From: Candidatus Huberarchaeum crystalense
GTDB lineage: Archaea > Huberarchaeota > Huberarchaeia > Huberarchaeales > Huberarchaeaceae
Assembly: GCA_002790315.1 (NCBI GenBank)
Contig: PFUW01000040.1
Location: 1-42,809 of the forward strand
DNA: 42,809 bases
Reading direction: 5' to 3'
The translations under genes were made by a program, and so were the position numbers. Position 1 is the first letter of the stretch. Every line of letters begins with the position of its first letter. Shown here one piece after another: positions 1 through 9,044 of this stretch. The notes below the pieces were generated by a model. That model was not told where the DNA came from. It ran no database searches and worked only from the letters and a program-made list of their open reading frames with translations.

Positions 1-116
1 AAAAAAATAAAGCAGTTAAATCCTTACAAAAAATAATAAATATAATAATCTTGTTTTTCAGTGAAGAAAATAAAACAAACTCAAAAAAATTTATAGTAAT
101 TATTCCAAAAAAATTT

Positions 117-833
117 ATGGGTATTATTAAAAATAAATCAAACAATTTGCGCGCAAGTATATGTGTTCTTTTTTCAGGAGGTAAGGATAGCACAGCAGCG
201 GTATTTGAATTGAGCAAAAATTACAAAATAGCTTGCTTGATAACGATTGTGTCAGAAAATCCTGACTCTTTTATGTTTCACACACCAAACATAAATTTAA
301 CTGAATTGCAAGCAAAAGCAATGAAAATCCCGCTCATAAAATTCGCAACAAAAGGAAAAAAAGAAAAAGAGTTATCTGATTTAAAAGCAGCAATAAAACT
401 TGCAAAAGACAAATACAGCATTGAAGCTGTTGGAGTTGGCGCGCTTGAAAGTCAGTATCAATTGCAGAGAATTGAAAAAATCTGCAAAGAATTAGATTTA
501 TTTGTTCTTGCACCATTTTGGAAAAAGAATATTGAAAAATATATGAATTATTTGCTTGATAATAGTTTTGAAATTATTTTTACTGGGGTCGCTGCTGAGG
601 GTTTTGATAAATCTTGGCTTAGAAGAAAACTTGATAAAAATGCGCTTGAAGATTTGAAGAAACTAAACAAACACTACAAAATTCATTTGGCTGGTGAAGG
701 GGGAGAATACGAAACCTTTGTGCTTAATTGTCTGCTGTTTAAAAAAAAGATAAAAATTTTGGATTATGATAAAATTTTAAATAAAAATTCAGGAAAACTT
801 GTTATAAACCAAGTAGAATTGGTCAAAAAATAA
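117..833 (+). CDS. dph6: Diphthine--ammonia ligase (PP-loop ATPase)
   Basis: PP-loop LFSGGKDS, DSFMFH, GA..S.YQ..RIE, GEGGEYETFV. ATG at 117 preferred over TTG at 51. Confidence 0.85.
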   Translation: MGIIKNKSNNLRASICVLFSGGKDSTAAVFELSKNYKIACLITIVSENPDSFMFHTPNINLTELQAKAMKIPLIKFATKGKKEKELSDLKAAIKLAKDKYSIEAVGVGALESQYQLQRIEKICKELDLFVLAPFWKKNIEKYMNYLLDNSFEIIFTGVAAEGFDKSWLRRKLDKNALEDLKKLNKHYKIHLAGEGGEYETFVLNCLLFKKKIKILDYDKILNKNSGKLVINQVELVKK

Positions 834-948
834 ATATAAACTTAAAAATATCACCATAAGCTGCGTTGTCTTGCTGTTTTTTTTCTTGCGCGTCGGTTTT
901 AACGGCGTCAAAAAGAAGCAAATTTGCTGTTTTCTTACATGTGCCAAT

Positions 949-1581
949 TTATCTTACCTCTATTATAAGTTTTTGTTTTCCTGTTTCAATTGTTTTTTCT
1001 TTCAAAATTAGCCTTCCTATTTCTTTTGTATTTTTTACATGCAGACCACCACAAGGAATTGGAATATAACTTCCAATCTGACACCATCTAAAACCTTTTC
1101 TTTTCTTATCCCCATAAGTTTTGATTTCTAACCCTTCTTGAATATCTTTATTTGCTTGCTCTAATGCTTTTTGAATTATCTCATCAGCTAATTCGTGTTT
1201 AAAAACCAAATAAGCCGAATCAGATTTTATTACTCCCGCCACAGCTCTTTCTTTGAATTGCAAATCAAAAACTCCTACCTATAGATGTAAAGCTGAATGC
1301 AATCTCATCTTTTTATATCTTTTGTTCCAGTCAAGTTGTAGGTTAACTGTATCTCCTTTTTTAAATAGTGGTGCTTTGTTTAGGATGTGCCAAATCTCAT
1401 CCCCTTCTTTCTTTAATCCTATAACCTCACAATCGTTTATTTTGCCCAAATCTCCAGGTTCATTTGAGGTTTGAGGAAAAAACATGGTTTCTTCTAATAA
1501 AACCCTATTCCCCTCTATCTTAGTCACTTTTGTTTGACGCTCTTTTAGATAAGCGTCTTCATGAAACAATATTTTGGTCAT
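949..1581 (-). pseudogene. alaX: Alanyl-tRNA editing protein (AlaX-M type) interrupted by an in-frame TAG at 1279-1281
   Basis: ORFs 1279..1632 and 949..1263 share one frame: MRLHSALHL*VGVFDLQF...PCGGLHVKNTKEIG (HxxxH and CxxxH zinc motifs). ATG 1581 has GGAGG upstream. Confidence 0.85.
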
Positions 1582-1710
1582 TTGAACCGCCTCCAAAAAA
1601 TGGTGAAACCAATCTCGTGTCATTGTCTTCAATAGTGTTGATTCCTTCTTCTACTAAATATTTATTTACTTTCCTTCCGAGGAAACTACTGACTCCTATA
1701 ATTAAGACTG

Positions 1711-2661
1711 TTATTCTCCTTTTGCCCCGCTTTTAAATTTAAAATCGACGCCTAATTTCTTAGCCCATATTTCTGTATTGGTAGTTAAAGCATCAACAGC
1801 TAAACTTTGAAAACCGCACCAATGTTTATTGGCATATTCAATTAACAATTCATCTGGTAATTTCTCTCCATCAAAGTAGAAAGTATACATTGCTTCCCTC
1901 ACAAATCGATCTAAGTGTAATATATCTTTTCTTCGCAAACCAACCGAGAGCACCAAATTTGCAGTATAAGAACCTATACCAGGAAATTTTAATAATTCTT
2001 TGCGTGCTTCTTCTGTAGATAATTTTTTGAGTTTTTCTAAGTTAATATTATCTTTTACAATAATCTCAGCAATCTTTTTTATGAATTTATCTCTATAACC
2101 AACTTTACATTCTCTAATTGTTGATAAAGGAACTTTTGAAATATTTTGTGGAGATGGAAAGCTAAAATAATCCTTCCCGTCGATTTTGACCCTTTCTCCA
2201 AGTTTAGCACATAAGTTATACATCATAGAATACAGTCGTTTAAATTGAATATTCTGAGCACAGATAACACCTATTATCGCTTCAAAAACAGTAGGATAAC
2301 TTTTACCTTTCGAACTATATTGAGATTCCATCGCCGCCTTAAGAATCCTATCTTTCTCGCACATTTCATAGAATGCTCTATAATCTTCTTTTAATCCTAG
2401 ACACCAAGATATAATCTCTTTTACTTCCACAAGTTCTTCTGTCTGCAGATTTCTTGAGGGTTCAATTCTAATTACGAGCTTCGGATTATTCACAGTGCCT
2501 ACTGATTTAATCTCTGCTACACATATTTTGCCGTTTCGTAATTGTAATACTCTAATAAGTTTTCCTTCCTCGGAAACCTAGGGATAAATATTATAGTGGG
2601 TTAATACAAAATCGAAATTATAGGGTGGAGTGATATCTGTTTTTGATAATTCTATTTCCAT
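1711..2661 (-). pseudogene. AlkA/Ogg-like HhH-GPD DNA glycosylase interrupted by an in-frame TAG at 2578-2580
   Basis: Frame extends upstream of the called ORF to ATG 2661: MEIELSKTDITPPYNFDFVLTHYNIYP*VSEEGKLIRVL. Downstream FPSP, GYR, HhH motif LLKFPGIGSYTA and LHLD. Confidence 0.8.
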
Positions 2662-2819
2662 AAGCTAAACCTCTCTTTGAGATATTCTTTGCCTCTTAAA
2701 TTATATAAGAATTCTTGTTTTGGTCCTGTTGGAGCTAAATCAGAAAATAAATATTGCTGGCGAGAAATCATTGACTCCTGAGATTCTATATATTTATATT
2801 CTAGTGAAAACTTACTCAT
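2652..2819 (-). CDS. Short hypothetical ORF or gene remnant
   Basis: 55-aa frame from ATG 2819, overlapping the RPA stop and the glycosylase start; no recognisable motif. Confidence 0.3.
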   Translation of the reverse strand: MSKFSLEYKYIESQESMISRQQYLFSDLAPTGPKQEFLYNLRGKEYLKERFSLWK

Positions 2820-3715
2820 AGACTTTTTCTTCTGTTTTATCATCTTTTGTTGTTAAAGTTTTCTCGGGCGCGCTAACATCCTCATCTTCAACAATTTCAG
2901 TTGGTGATATATAACTTTCACTAGCAACTGCAAATACAGGTTCCCATTTATTTACCACAACATCTACGCGATCAAACTGCTCGTTGTATGTTGCTTTTCC
3001 TTCAAAATAAAATTCCCTTCCAAGTAAGTCTTTTTGCTTCAAAATTTCTTCTGCCCTTTCTCCAAAGAGAGTTATTCTAACACTGCCTGTTCCATCATCT
3101 ATAATTAAATTTAATATTGCCCTGTTTACTGCATTAAAAGTGCCTTCAGCGACTTTTTTGCCTGTTTCTGGGTCTGCAATATAGTATGTTGGATCAAATT
3201 TTTGGATTACTGTTGCCTTGATTCGCACATACCCTTCTTTAATTATTCGTATTGGAATTATAGGTGTGCTTGAAAATGATTTTATGTTGTTGATTGTAGT
3301 GTTTTCATCTATTTCGATTTTTGTTGTGGTTCCAAAATGGAGTTCAATGTCGCTCCTGTTATTTTCGCGCGCATATGCATTGGATATTCTCAAAACATCA
3401 CCTTCTTTAATTTGCTCTAATACTTGCGTTAGTTGTTCGTTCCACAAAACCNNNNNNNNCAAAGATACGCACAACTTTGCAAACAAGGTTCACATTACTC
3501 ATTTTTTGTATAATATCACTTATTTTCATTGGCTTAAATGATATTGGTTTTTTTTCAAGTTTAACACCCAAATCAGCGGCAACAATTTGAGCCGCGCCTT
3601 CTTCAGATATTAAATTTTCAAAAAAAGCCTGCTTTCGCCTAATTAATTCCATTATTTCAGTTTCTTCCTTTTTGCTCGCAGATGCTATTTCTTTAACAAT
3701 CTCTTCTGAAATCAT
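2812..3715 (-). CDS. rpa: Replication protein A-like OB-fold ssDNA-binding protein (frame broken at N gap 3452-3459)
   Basis: N-terminal LISEEGAAQIVA..LGV and KISDI; OB-fold motifs VLWNE, GDVLRISNAY, IDDGTGSVRITLFGERA. Confidence 0.8.
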
Positions 3716-3785
3716 ATATTATTTATAAAAATATATTTATTTTCTTTAATCTCTTTAAGATTTTAGCTTTTTTATAATTATATCT

Positions 3786-4433
3786 TCAAAAATCGTCAAT
3801 ATTAACAATATTTTTTTCCCAAGCATCTTCAATAATGCGCGGGCATGCAGTATTTATCCAACACTCAATTTGTAAAAAGTTTGGTTCTTCTTGTGGAAAA
3901 ATCGAATCTCCGAGAAACAATATTGCTTCTTTTCCTTTTTGCTCTAACTTTTTTTTAATTTGAAGTGCGGTTTTCAAATTTTCTTGGCCTGGTTTTGTGC
4001 TTACAAGTATTCCATATGTTGTTGCTTGTTTGGCTAGTTCGCGCCCAATAATTTTTTTTTGCAAATATTTGTCGCGCTCTTCTTTTGAAATTTGCACAAC
4101 ATTATTAAGAACATAATCAATCACAAATACAGGTTTATTTGTGGCATATGCAACAGCAAGCGGATGAAACATACCTGAACCAAAATAAACAAACGCATCA
4201 ATCTTTTTCTCAATTTTTTTTGCATTTTTTATATTGCATCCTAGTACTTGTCCGCCTATTAAAACTTTGAATTTGCGCGCACTTAATTGTTTCTCAAGTT
4301 TAGGCAATATATGTAGATGTTGAATTGTTGTTATTAGACCCACTTTTTTATATTTTTTTATTTTTTTTATTGATTCGCTGATCAGTTTGTGGAGTTTGAT
4401 GTCGCTTTTTGCAGAAATAAAAATTCTATTCAT
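3786..4433 (-). CDS. dph2: Diphthamide synthesis protein Dph2, C-terminal part
   Basis: TTIQH, GQVLGC, GSGMFH, STKPGQ, NTACPRI: two of the three Fe-S cysteines. Confidence 0.88.
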   Translation of the reverse strand: MNRIFISAKSDIKLHKLISESIKKIKKYKKVGLITTIQHLHILPKLEKQLSARKFKVLIGGQVLGCNIKNAKKIEKKIDAFVYFGSGMFHPLAVAYATNKPVFVIDYVLNNVVQISKEERDKYLQKKIIGRELAKQATTYGILVSTKPGQENLKTALQIKKKLEQKGKEAILFLGDSIFPQEEPNFLQIECWINTACPRIIEDAWEKNIVNIDDF

Positions 4434-4714
4434 TTTACTCCTTGTTGACCCATTTTCAAAGTTTTATTGTTGTGACCAAACTGAATAAACAGATCAATTT
4501 GTTCTTCAATTTTTTGCGGCAAAACAGGAACATCGCACGCGCCAAAGCAACTGCCATACCAAATAATTATTGTTGCATTTGTTTTTGCTTCTATTTTTTT
4601 TACTGTGTTTATTGCTTGCATTTTTAGGCCGTCAGGAAATTGCAGAAGAACAATTTTTGCTTTTGATTTTTTAATTTCAGCAATAATTTTGTATAATTCT
4701 AATTTGTAAGCCAT
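4430..4714 (-). CDS. dph2: Diphthamide synthesis protein Dph2, N-terminal part
   Basis: LLQFPDGLK, SCFGACD, IQFGH; ATGA overlap with the downstream half. Confidence 0.88.
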   Translation of the reverse strand: MAYKLELYKIIAEIKKSKAKIVLLQFPDGLKMQAINTVKKIEAKTNATIIIWYGSCFGACDVPVLPQKIEEQIDLFIQFGHNNKTLKMGQQGVK

Positions 4715-4717
4715 ATT

Positions 4718-5101
4718 TTAATTGTTTTTGGACCATTTTGTTAAGGCAAAATAAGTTTCAACAAGTTTCAAGATTGCTATAATACTAATAAATACTATGA
4801 TTGTCTTCGAAACTTCATTTAACAAACACCAAACAAAGATACCTATAATTAAAATAAAAACAATTGCTTGTATTTTAATATAAAGGTTTTTATTTATATC
4901 AGTTAAACCATATAATTTGATTTTTTTGTTGTTTTTGTTCACATTATTATAACTATTATTTTTTCTAAAAATACTGTTTTGAAATTTTGTTTCAAGATTG
5001 TATTTTAATTTTCTGGTTTTTTTTTTGATTTTATTATTTACATTTTCATTTAATTTTCTGGTTTTNNNNNNNNAAGATTTTGTTGTAATATATATAGTCA
5101 T
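4718..5101 (-). CDS. Hypothetical membrane protein
   Basis: Basic N-terminus and two hydrophobic C-terminal helices; N gap near the 5' end. Confidence 0.5.
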   Translation of the reverse strand: MTIYITTKSXXXKTRKLNENVNNKIKKKTRKLKYNLETKFQNSIFRKNNSYNNVNKNNKKIKLYGLTDINKNLYIKIQAIVFILIIGIFVWCLLNEVSKTIIVFISIIAILKLVETYFALTKWSKNN

Positions 5102-5107
5102 TATAAT

Positions 5108-5920
5108 TTAATTAGTAAAATTCCTAATAATTTTAGCCACAATTTCAAATGAATTAGAGTTTGAAAAATCTTGCAGAGCTTCCATCATACTTATTGCTTG
5201 ATTTTTATTATCATAAACTGTAAAAGTTTCGTTTGTTTTAATTGTTTTGTCAAACTCATCAAAAAAGTCAGCATAAATCTGTTTTCCTTGCACAATCTGT
5301 TGAATTTTATCATTTTTCGCAACTGCTTTTTTATAATTTTTTAGCAAAACTTCTTTTGGCTTTAAATCGCTTTCTTGCAAATCTTCAATTTTTACACAAT
5401 CTTCAATTTTTACATCCCCGCTTGCTGTTCTTTGAAGAGATAGCATTTGCGCGCCAACACCCAAAAATTCGCCAACATCATAACATAGTTTTCGAATATA
5501 AGTTCCTGCTTCGCATTTTACTCGAAAACCAGCGACATTATTTTTAAAATCCAAAAATTCAAAAAAATATATTTTTCTCTTCCGTAGCACTCTTTTTACT
5601 GCTGATTTAACTGGCGGAATTTGCTCTATTTCTCCTGTGAACTTTTCAAAACCTGTTTTAATTTGCTCTTCTGTAACTTGTTTGTGGAATTTTATTTTGC
5701 CAACATATTCCTTGTCTTGCCTACTTATGAATTGCAAAACAGGGGTTATTTTTCCAACAGCAATTATTAACACACCATCTACATTTGCATCAAGCGTACC
5801 GTGGTATCCACCTGTTTTTACTCCAAGTTTTTGTTTGACTTTTTCGAGTGTTTGAGATGATGTTAAGCCAACAGGTTTATACAAAAAAATAACGCCTTTA
5901 ACCATAAGTTTTTCATACAT
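5108..5920 (-). CDS. cbf5: Pseudouridine synthase Cbf5/TruB family
   Basis: KPVGLTS, HGTLD (catalytic Asp), KEYV, QIPPVKSAVKR, CEAGTYIRKLC, PUA-like tail. Confidence 0.9.
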   Translation of the reverse strand: MYEKLMVKGVIFLYKPVGLTSSQTLEKVKQKLGVKTGGYHGTLDANVDGVLIIAVGKITPVLQFISRQDKEYVGKIKFHKQVTEEQIKTGFEKFTGEIEQIPPVKSAVKRVLRKRKIYFFEFLDFKNNVAGFRVKCEAGTYIRKLCYDVGEFLGVGAQMLSLQRTASGDVKIEDCVKIEDLQESDLKPKEVLLKNYKKAVAKNDKIQQIVQGKQIYADFFDEFDKTIKTNETFTVYDNKNQAISMMEALQDFSNSNSFEIVAKIIRNFTN

Positions 5921-5960
5921 ATTGCAGATAAATAAAATATTAAAAAGATAAATAAAATAA

Positions 5961-6032
5961 ATTGAGAGCTTATAAATATTTTATTAAAAAGATAGATAAA
6001 TATATTGAGAGCTTATAATTATTTTATTAAAA
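5961..6032. repeat. Imperfect tandem duplication, period about 43 bp
   Basis: attgagagcttataa.tattttattaaaa at 5961 and 6004, next to an N gap. Confidence 0.7.
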
Positions 6033-6072
6033 ANNNNNNNNNGGAGTTAGAAAGGAGTTAGATAAATAATTT

Positions 6073-7254
6073 ATGACACTAATTAAAGAAGGAAATGTAG
6101 TTATTGATGTTAGTGATGCTGATTATGGAAAAATATTTGTTCCTTCAAAAAAAATGAAAGTATTCTATAACCCAAGAATGAAGCATAATCGTGACATTTC
6201 TGTTTTATTTTATGATTTTTGGGCTAAAGCAGTCAAAAAGAGCGAAAATTTGGTCTTTTTTGATGGAATGGCAGGGTCAGGCGTCAAAGGACTTAGAGTT
6301 TTAGCAGAAACAGGTATAAAAAATGTTATATTTAATGATCTAAATCCAAAATCTATTGAAAATATAAAATCTAACTTAAAAATTAATAACTTACCCAAAA
6401 ATATTCATTATAATCTCTACAATCTCTCTTTCCAGCGACTTTTGGCTGAAAAGCAAGCAGATATTGTTGATCTTGATCCTTTTGGAACTCCTGTTTTGTT
6501 TTTGGACTTTGTTTTGGCAAATGCTCGAAAAGGTGAGCTTATTAGTATTACAGCGACTGATACTGCTGTATTGTGCGGAGCTTCTCAACAAAATTCACAA
6601 AAATGCGAGAGAATTTATTTTTCAACACCATCAAAAAACGAATCTATGAAAGAAACAGGCTTGCGCATTCTTTTGGGTTATATTGCAAGAACAGCAGCAA
6701 AATATGGTCTTTTTCCACTGTTTTTGCTTTCATATAGCAAAGACCATTATATGCGCGCATTTTTTAGCATAGAAAAGTACAAACAAGGAGATTTGGATAG
6801 AAAAATAGGCCATATTTCGTTTTGCGCAGCTTGTAATAAAAGAAAAGTCAATTTTGAGCAGTGTTTTAGCTATGTTTGCGAATGTGGTGCTAATTTAACA
6901 ATTGCCGGGCCATTATGGCTCGGAAATTTCATAGATATGGGGTTTTACAAAGAAATAGATGGTTTTGTAAAAAAACAAAATAAAAAAATTAAATTCTCAG
7001 AAAAAACAAAAAATACTACCCTAAATACCCAACAACAATTGCGCGCAGTGCAAAAATTTGATAATCTCTTAAAATTTATGAAACCATTAGCAGCAGAGCA
7101 AAATTTTCTGCCGTGGCATTATAATTTACATAATTATCCTAACTATGCGCACAAAAAAATAGATCAAGCCCTGCAGGAAATTAAAGGAGTAAGAAGTCAT
7201 TTTGATCCTTTGGCAGTTAAAACAAATAAGACAAACTTGTTTGAAAAATCATAA
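6073..7254 (+). CDS. trm1: tRNA (guanine26-N2)-dimethyltransferase
   Basis: VFYNP, NRDISV, DGMAGSGVKGLR, DLDPFG, TATD, GLRILLG, CxxC/CxC, GPLWLG. Confidence 0.93.
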   Translation: MTLIKEGNVVIDVSDADYGKIFVPSKKMKVFYNPRMKHNRDISVLFYDFWAKAVKKSENLVFFDGMAGSGVKGLRVLAETGIKNVIFNDLNPKSIENIKSNLKINNLPKNIHYNLYNLSFQRLLAEKQADIVDLDPFGTPVLFLDFVLANARKGELISITATDTAVLCGASQQNSQKCERIYFSTPSKNESMKETGLRILLGYIARTAAKYGLFPLFLLSYSKDHYMRAFFSIEKYKQGDLDRKIGHISFCAACNKRKVNFEQCFSYVCECGANLTIAGPLWLGNFIDMGFYKEIDGFVKKQNKKIKFSEKTKNTTLNTQQQLRAVQKFDNLLKFMKPLAAEQNFLPWHYNLHNYPNYAHKKIDQALQEIKGVRSHFDPLAVKTNKTNLFEKS

Positions 7255-7319
7255 AAAGCGAAGATGTTTTAANNNNNNNNNCAAAAATATAATGGAAAAT
7301 TCCACTAATTTTAAAAATA

Positions 7320-7353
7320 GTATAAAATTTACCTAAAATGTAGAATTTTCCAC
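7320..7353 (-). repeat. 34-bp bipartite site, copy 1 (inverted relative to the others)
   Basis: Reverse complement gtggaaaattctac-atttta-ggtaaattttatac; 28/34 identical to 8942-8975. Confidence 0.7.
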
Positions 7354-7411
7354 AAATTAAATTATAATTTATTAGGGTTTTTTACTTTTTTAAATTTAAT
7401 TTTTTAATTTT

Positions 7412-8185
7412 TTATTCTTTGAATTTATTTTTTAATTTTTCATTCACTTTGTTAAAAATATCTGCATCGATTATTGGTTTGTGGTTCCCTTGTGTTTCTT
7501 TTCCTGCATATTTAACAATTCCAATATAGGTTTTGTTTATTAGAAGTTTTTTTATTCCTGATGTTGTTATTCTATGTTTTTTGGCAAGTTGTGTTAATGA
7601 AATAGGAGTTTCTAAAAATTCATTAAAGATTGTTCTCACCTCTTCTGCTCCTTTTTCGTCAATTATCAAATTTTTATTGATCAAACTATACCCTCGCGGA
7701 GCTTTTGTTATAAACCCACCTTCTTTTGCTTTTCTTTCCATGCCAAATTTGGTTCTGTCTCCAATTATATTTCTTTCAAATTCTGCAAATGCAGAAATTA
7801 CTTGAAACATCAACTTGCCTGATGCGCTGGATGTCTCAATTTTGTCTTGCAGGGAAATAAAGTCAACTCCCCACTCTTTTAGCTTATCTATTGTTAAAAT
7901 CAAATCTTTCAAATTTCTTGAGAATCTGTCAAGTTTGTAAACAAAAATTGCTGAAAATTTCTTGCTCTCAGCATCTTTTAACAATTGAATCATTTCATGC
8001 CGTTTTAAATCTTTTGCTGATTTTCCTTTATCACAGTAAATTTTAAAAATATCATAACCCAACACCTTTGCATAATTAACCAATGAATCTTGCTGCGCAT
8101 CCAAAGAAAAACCGTGCTGTGCTTGGTCTTGCGTTGAAACTCTTGTGTAAATTGCAGCAAAGGGTTTATTTTTGTTTGTTTCCAT
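7412..8185 (-). CDS. Serine recombinase (resolvase catalytic domain plus short recombinase domain)
   Basis: AIYTRVST (catalytic Ser), SLDAQ, D.GKSA, VYKLDRFSRN, SAFAEFER, APRGY, NKTYIG, H.PIID...F. Confidence 0.93.
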   Translation of the reverse strand: METNKNKPFAAIYTRVSTQDQAQHGFSLDAQQDSLVNYAKVLGYDIFKIYCDKGKSAKDLKRHEMIQLLKDAESKKFSAIFVYKLDRFSRNLKDLILTIDKLKEWGVDFISLQDKIETSSASGKLMFQVISAFAEFERNIIGDRTKFGMERKAKEGGFITKAPRGYSLINKNLIIDEKGAEEVRTIFNEFLETPISLTQLAKKHRITTSGIKKLLINKTYIGIVKYAGKETQGNHKPIIDADIFNKVNEKLKNKFKE

Positions 8186-8222
8186 AATTTTTATAAACTT
8201 AGGGTAAAATCTGCGTAGTTTA

Positions 8223-8250
8223 TGTTTACTTAGGGTTCCCTAAGTATACA
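8223..8250. other. 28-bp dyad upstream of the recombinase, candidate crossover or operator site
   Basis: TGTt-TACTTAGGG-TT-CCCTAAGTA-tACA: inverted arms around a 2-bp centre. Confidence 0.6.
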
Positions 8251-8266
8251 AGCAAAAAAATATAGT

Positions 8267-8300
8267 GTAGAATTTTCCACGATTTTGGTAAAGTTTACAC
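8267..8300 (+). repeat. 34-bp bipartite site, copy 2
   Basis: gtagaattttccac-gatttt-ggtaaagtttacac; ends 4 bp before ATG 8305. Confidence 0.7.
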
Positions 8301-8304
8301 AATT

Positions 8305-8685
8305 ATGACAAATTATAATATGTTGTATATTGAGATGCACAAAATTTGCACAAACATACAAACNNNNNNNNNATATGTTGGGGATACAACAAATAGTAAG
8401 TATTCTGTTGAAGACTCCCAATCAAAAAAAAGAGCGACGCAAATACAGATTTGTTTAGGAAAGGTTTGTATAAGACATAAAGATATTGTGGAACCTGTTA
8501 TAGGTGCTAACACAATATATGGGTTGGGTTTATTTAATATAGGTTTTGTGTGTATTAGCCTAAGCATATTTAATTTACTTACTTTTCGATTTGGAACAGA
8601 ACCAAACACTTTTCTTATTTTCTCTGTTGTTTCCTTTATGCTTCTTTTTATTATAGGTGTTTTATTTAAGGGGTTTGAAGGTTAA
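8305..8685 (+). CDS. Hypothetical membrane protein (N gap at 8364-8372, start uncertain)
   Basis: Two hydrophobic C-terminal helices; TAATG overlap with the next ORF. Confidence 0.55.
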   Translation: MTNYNMLYIEMHKICTNIQXXXXYVGDTTNSKYSVEDSQSKKRATQIQICLGKVCIRHKDIVEPVIGANTIYGLGLFNIGFVCISLSIFNLLTFRFGTEPNTFLIFSVVSFMLLFIIGVLFKGFEG

Positions 8686-8936
8686 TGAAGAAAAAAATAC
8701 AAAACACACACTACGAACTTAGAGATTTTGTTATTAGAGGAAAAACAATTTTTAGGGTATTGTTATTTCTTATAGCTAGTACCTTATTTACACTTTCTAT
8801 TATTTCGTATATTCAGGCACGTTTTTCATTATTTTTTACAAATGAAGGAATAGAAGGAATATTTTTATTTTTTGGGTTATTAGGGTTTGTTTTATTTATT
8901 TGCGGTGGGATCTTAATGGGAAAATTTAAAAATTGA
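8685..8936 (+). CDS. Hypothetical two-helix membrane protein
   Basis: 83 aa with two hydrophobic segments; coupled to the upstream ORF. Confidence 0.6.
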   Translation: MKKKIQNTHYELRDFVIRGKTIFRVLLFLIASTLFTLSIISYIQARFSLFFTNEGIEGIFLFFGLLGFVLFICGGILMGKFKN

Positions 8937-8941
8937 TGTTA

Positions 8942-8975
8942 GTGTAAAATTCTATATTTTTGGTAAAATTTCTGC
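8942..8975 (+). repeat. 34-bp bipartite site, copy 3
   Basis: gtgtaaaattctat-attttt-ggtaaaatttctgc; starts 5 bp after the stop at 8936. Confidence 0.7.
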
Positions 8976-9010
8976 GTTTTGCTCAAATATAATTATGCTT
9001 TTTAATTGTT

Positions 9011-9044
9011 GCATAATTTTCTACAAATAAGGTAAATTTTCTAC
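9011..9044 (+). repeat. 34-bp bipartite site, copy 4
   Basis: gcataattttctac-aaataa-ggtaaattttctac. Confidence 0.6.

Noticed and set aside
949-2661. Genome-wide TAG reassignment
   Set aside because: No core gene in the window has an internal TAG, gatD appears to stop at TAG, and no suppressor tRNA is seen; kept only as a minor alternative.
3407-3486. Split or frameshifted RPA
   Set aside because: The frame break coincides with an N gap of arbitrary length.
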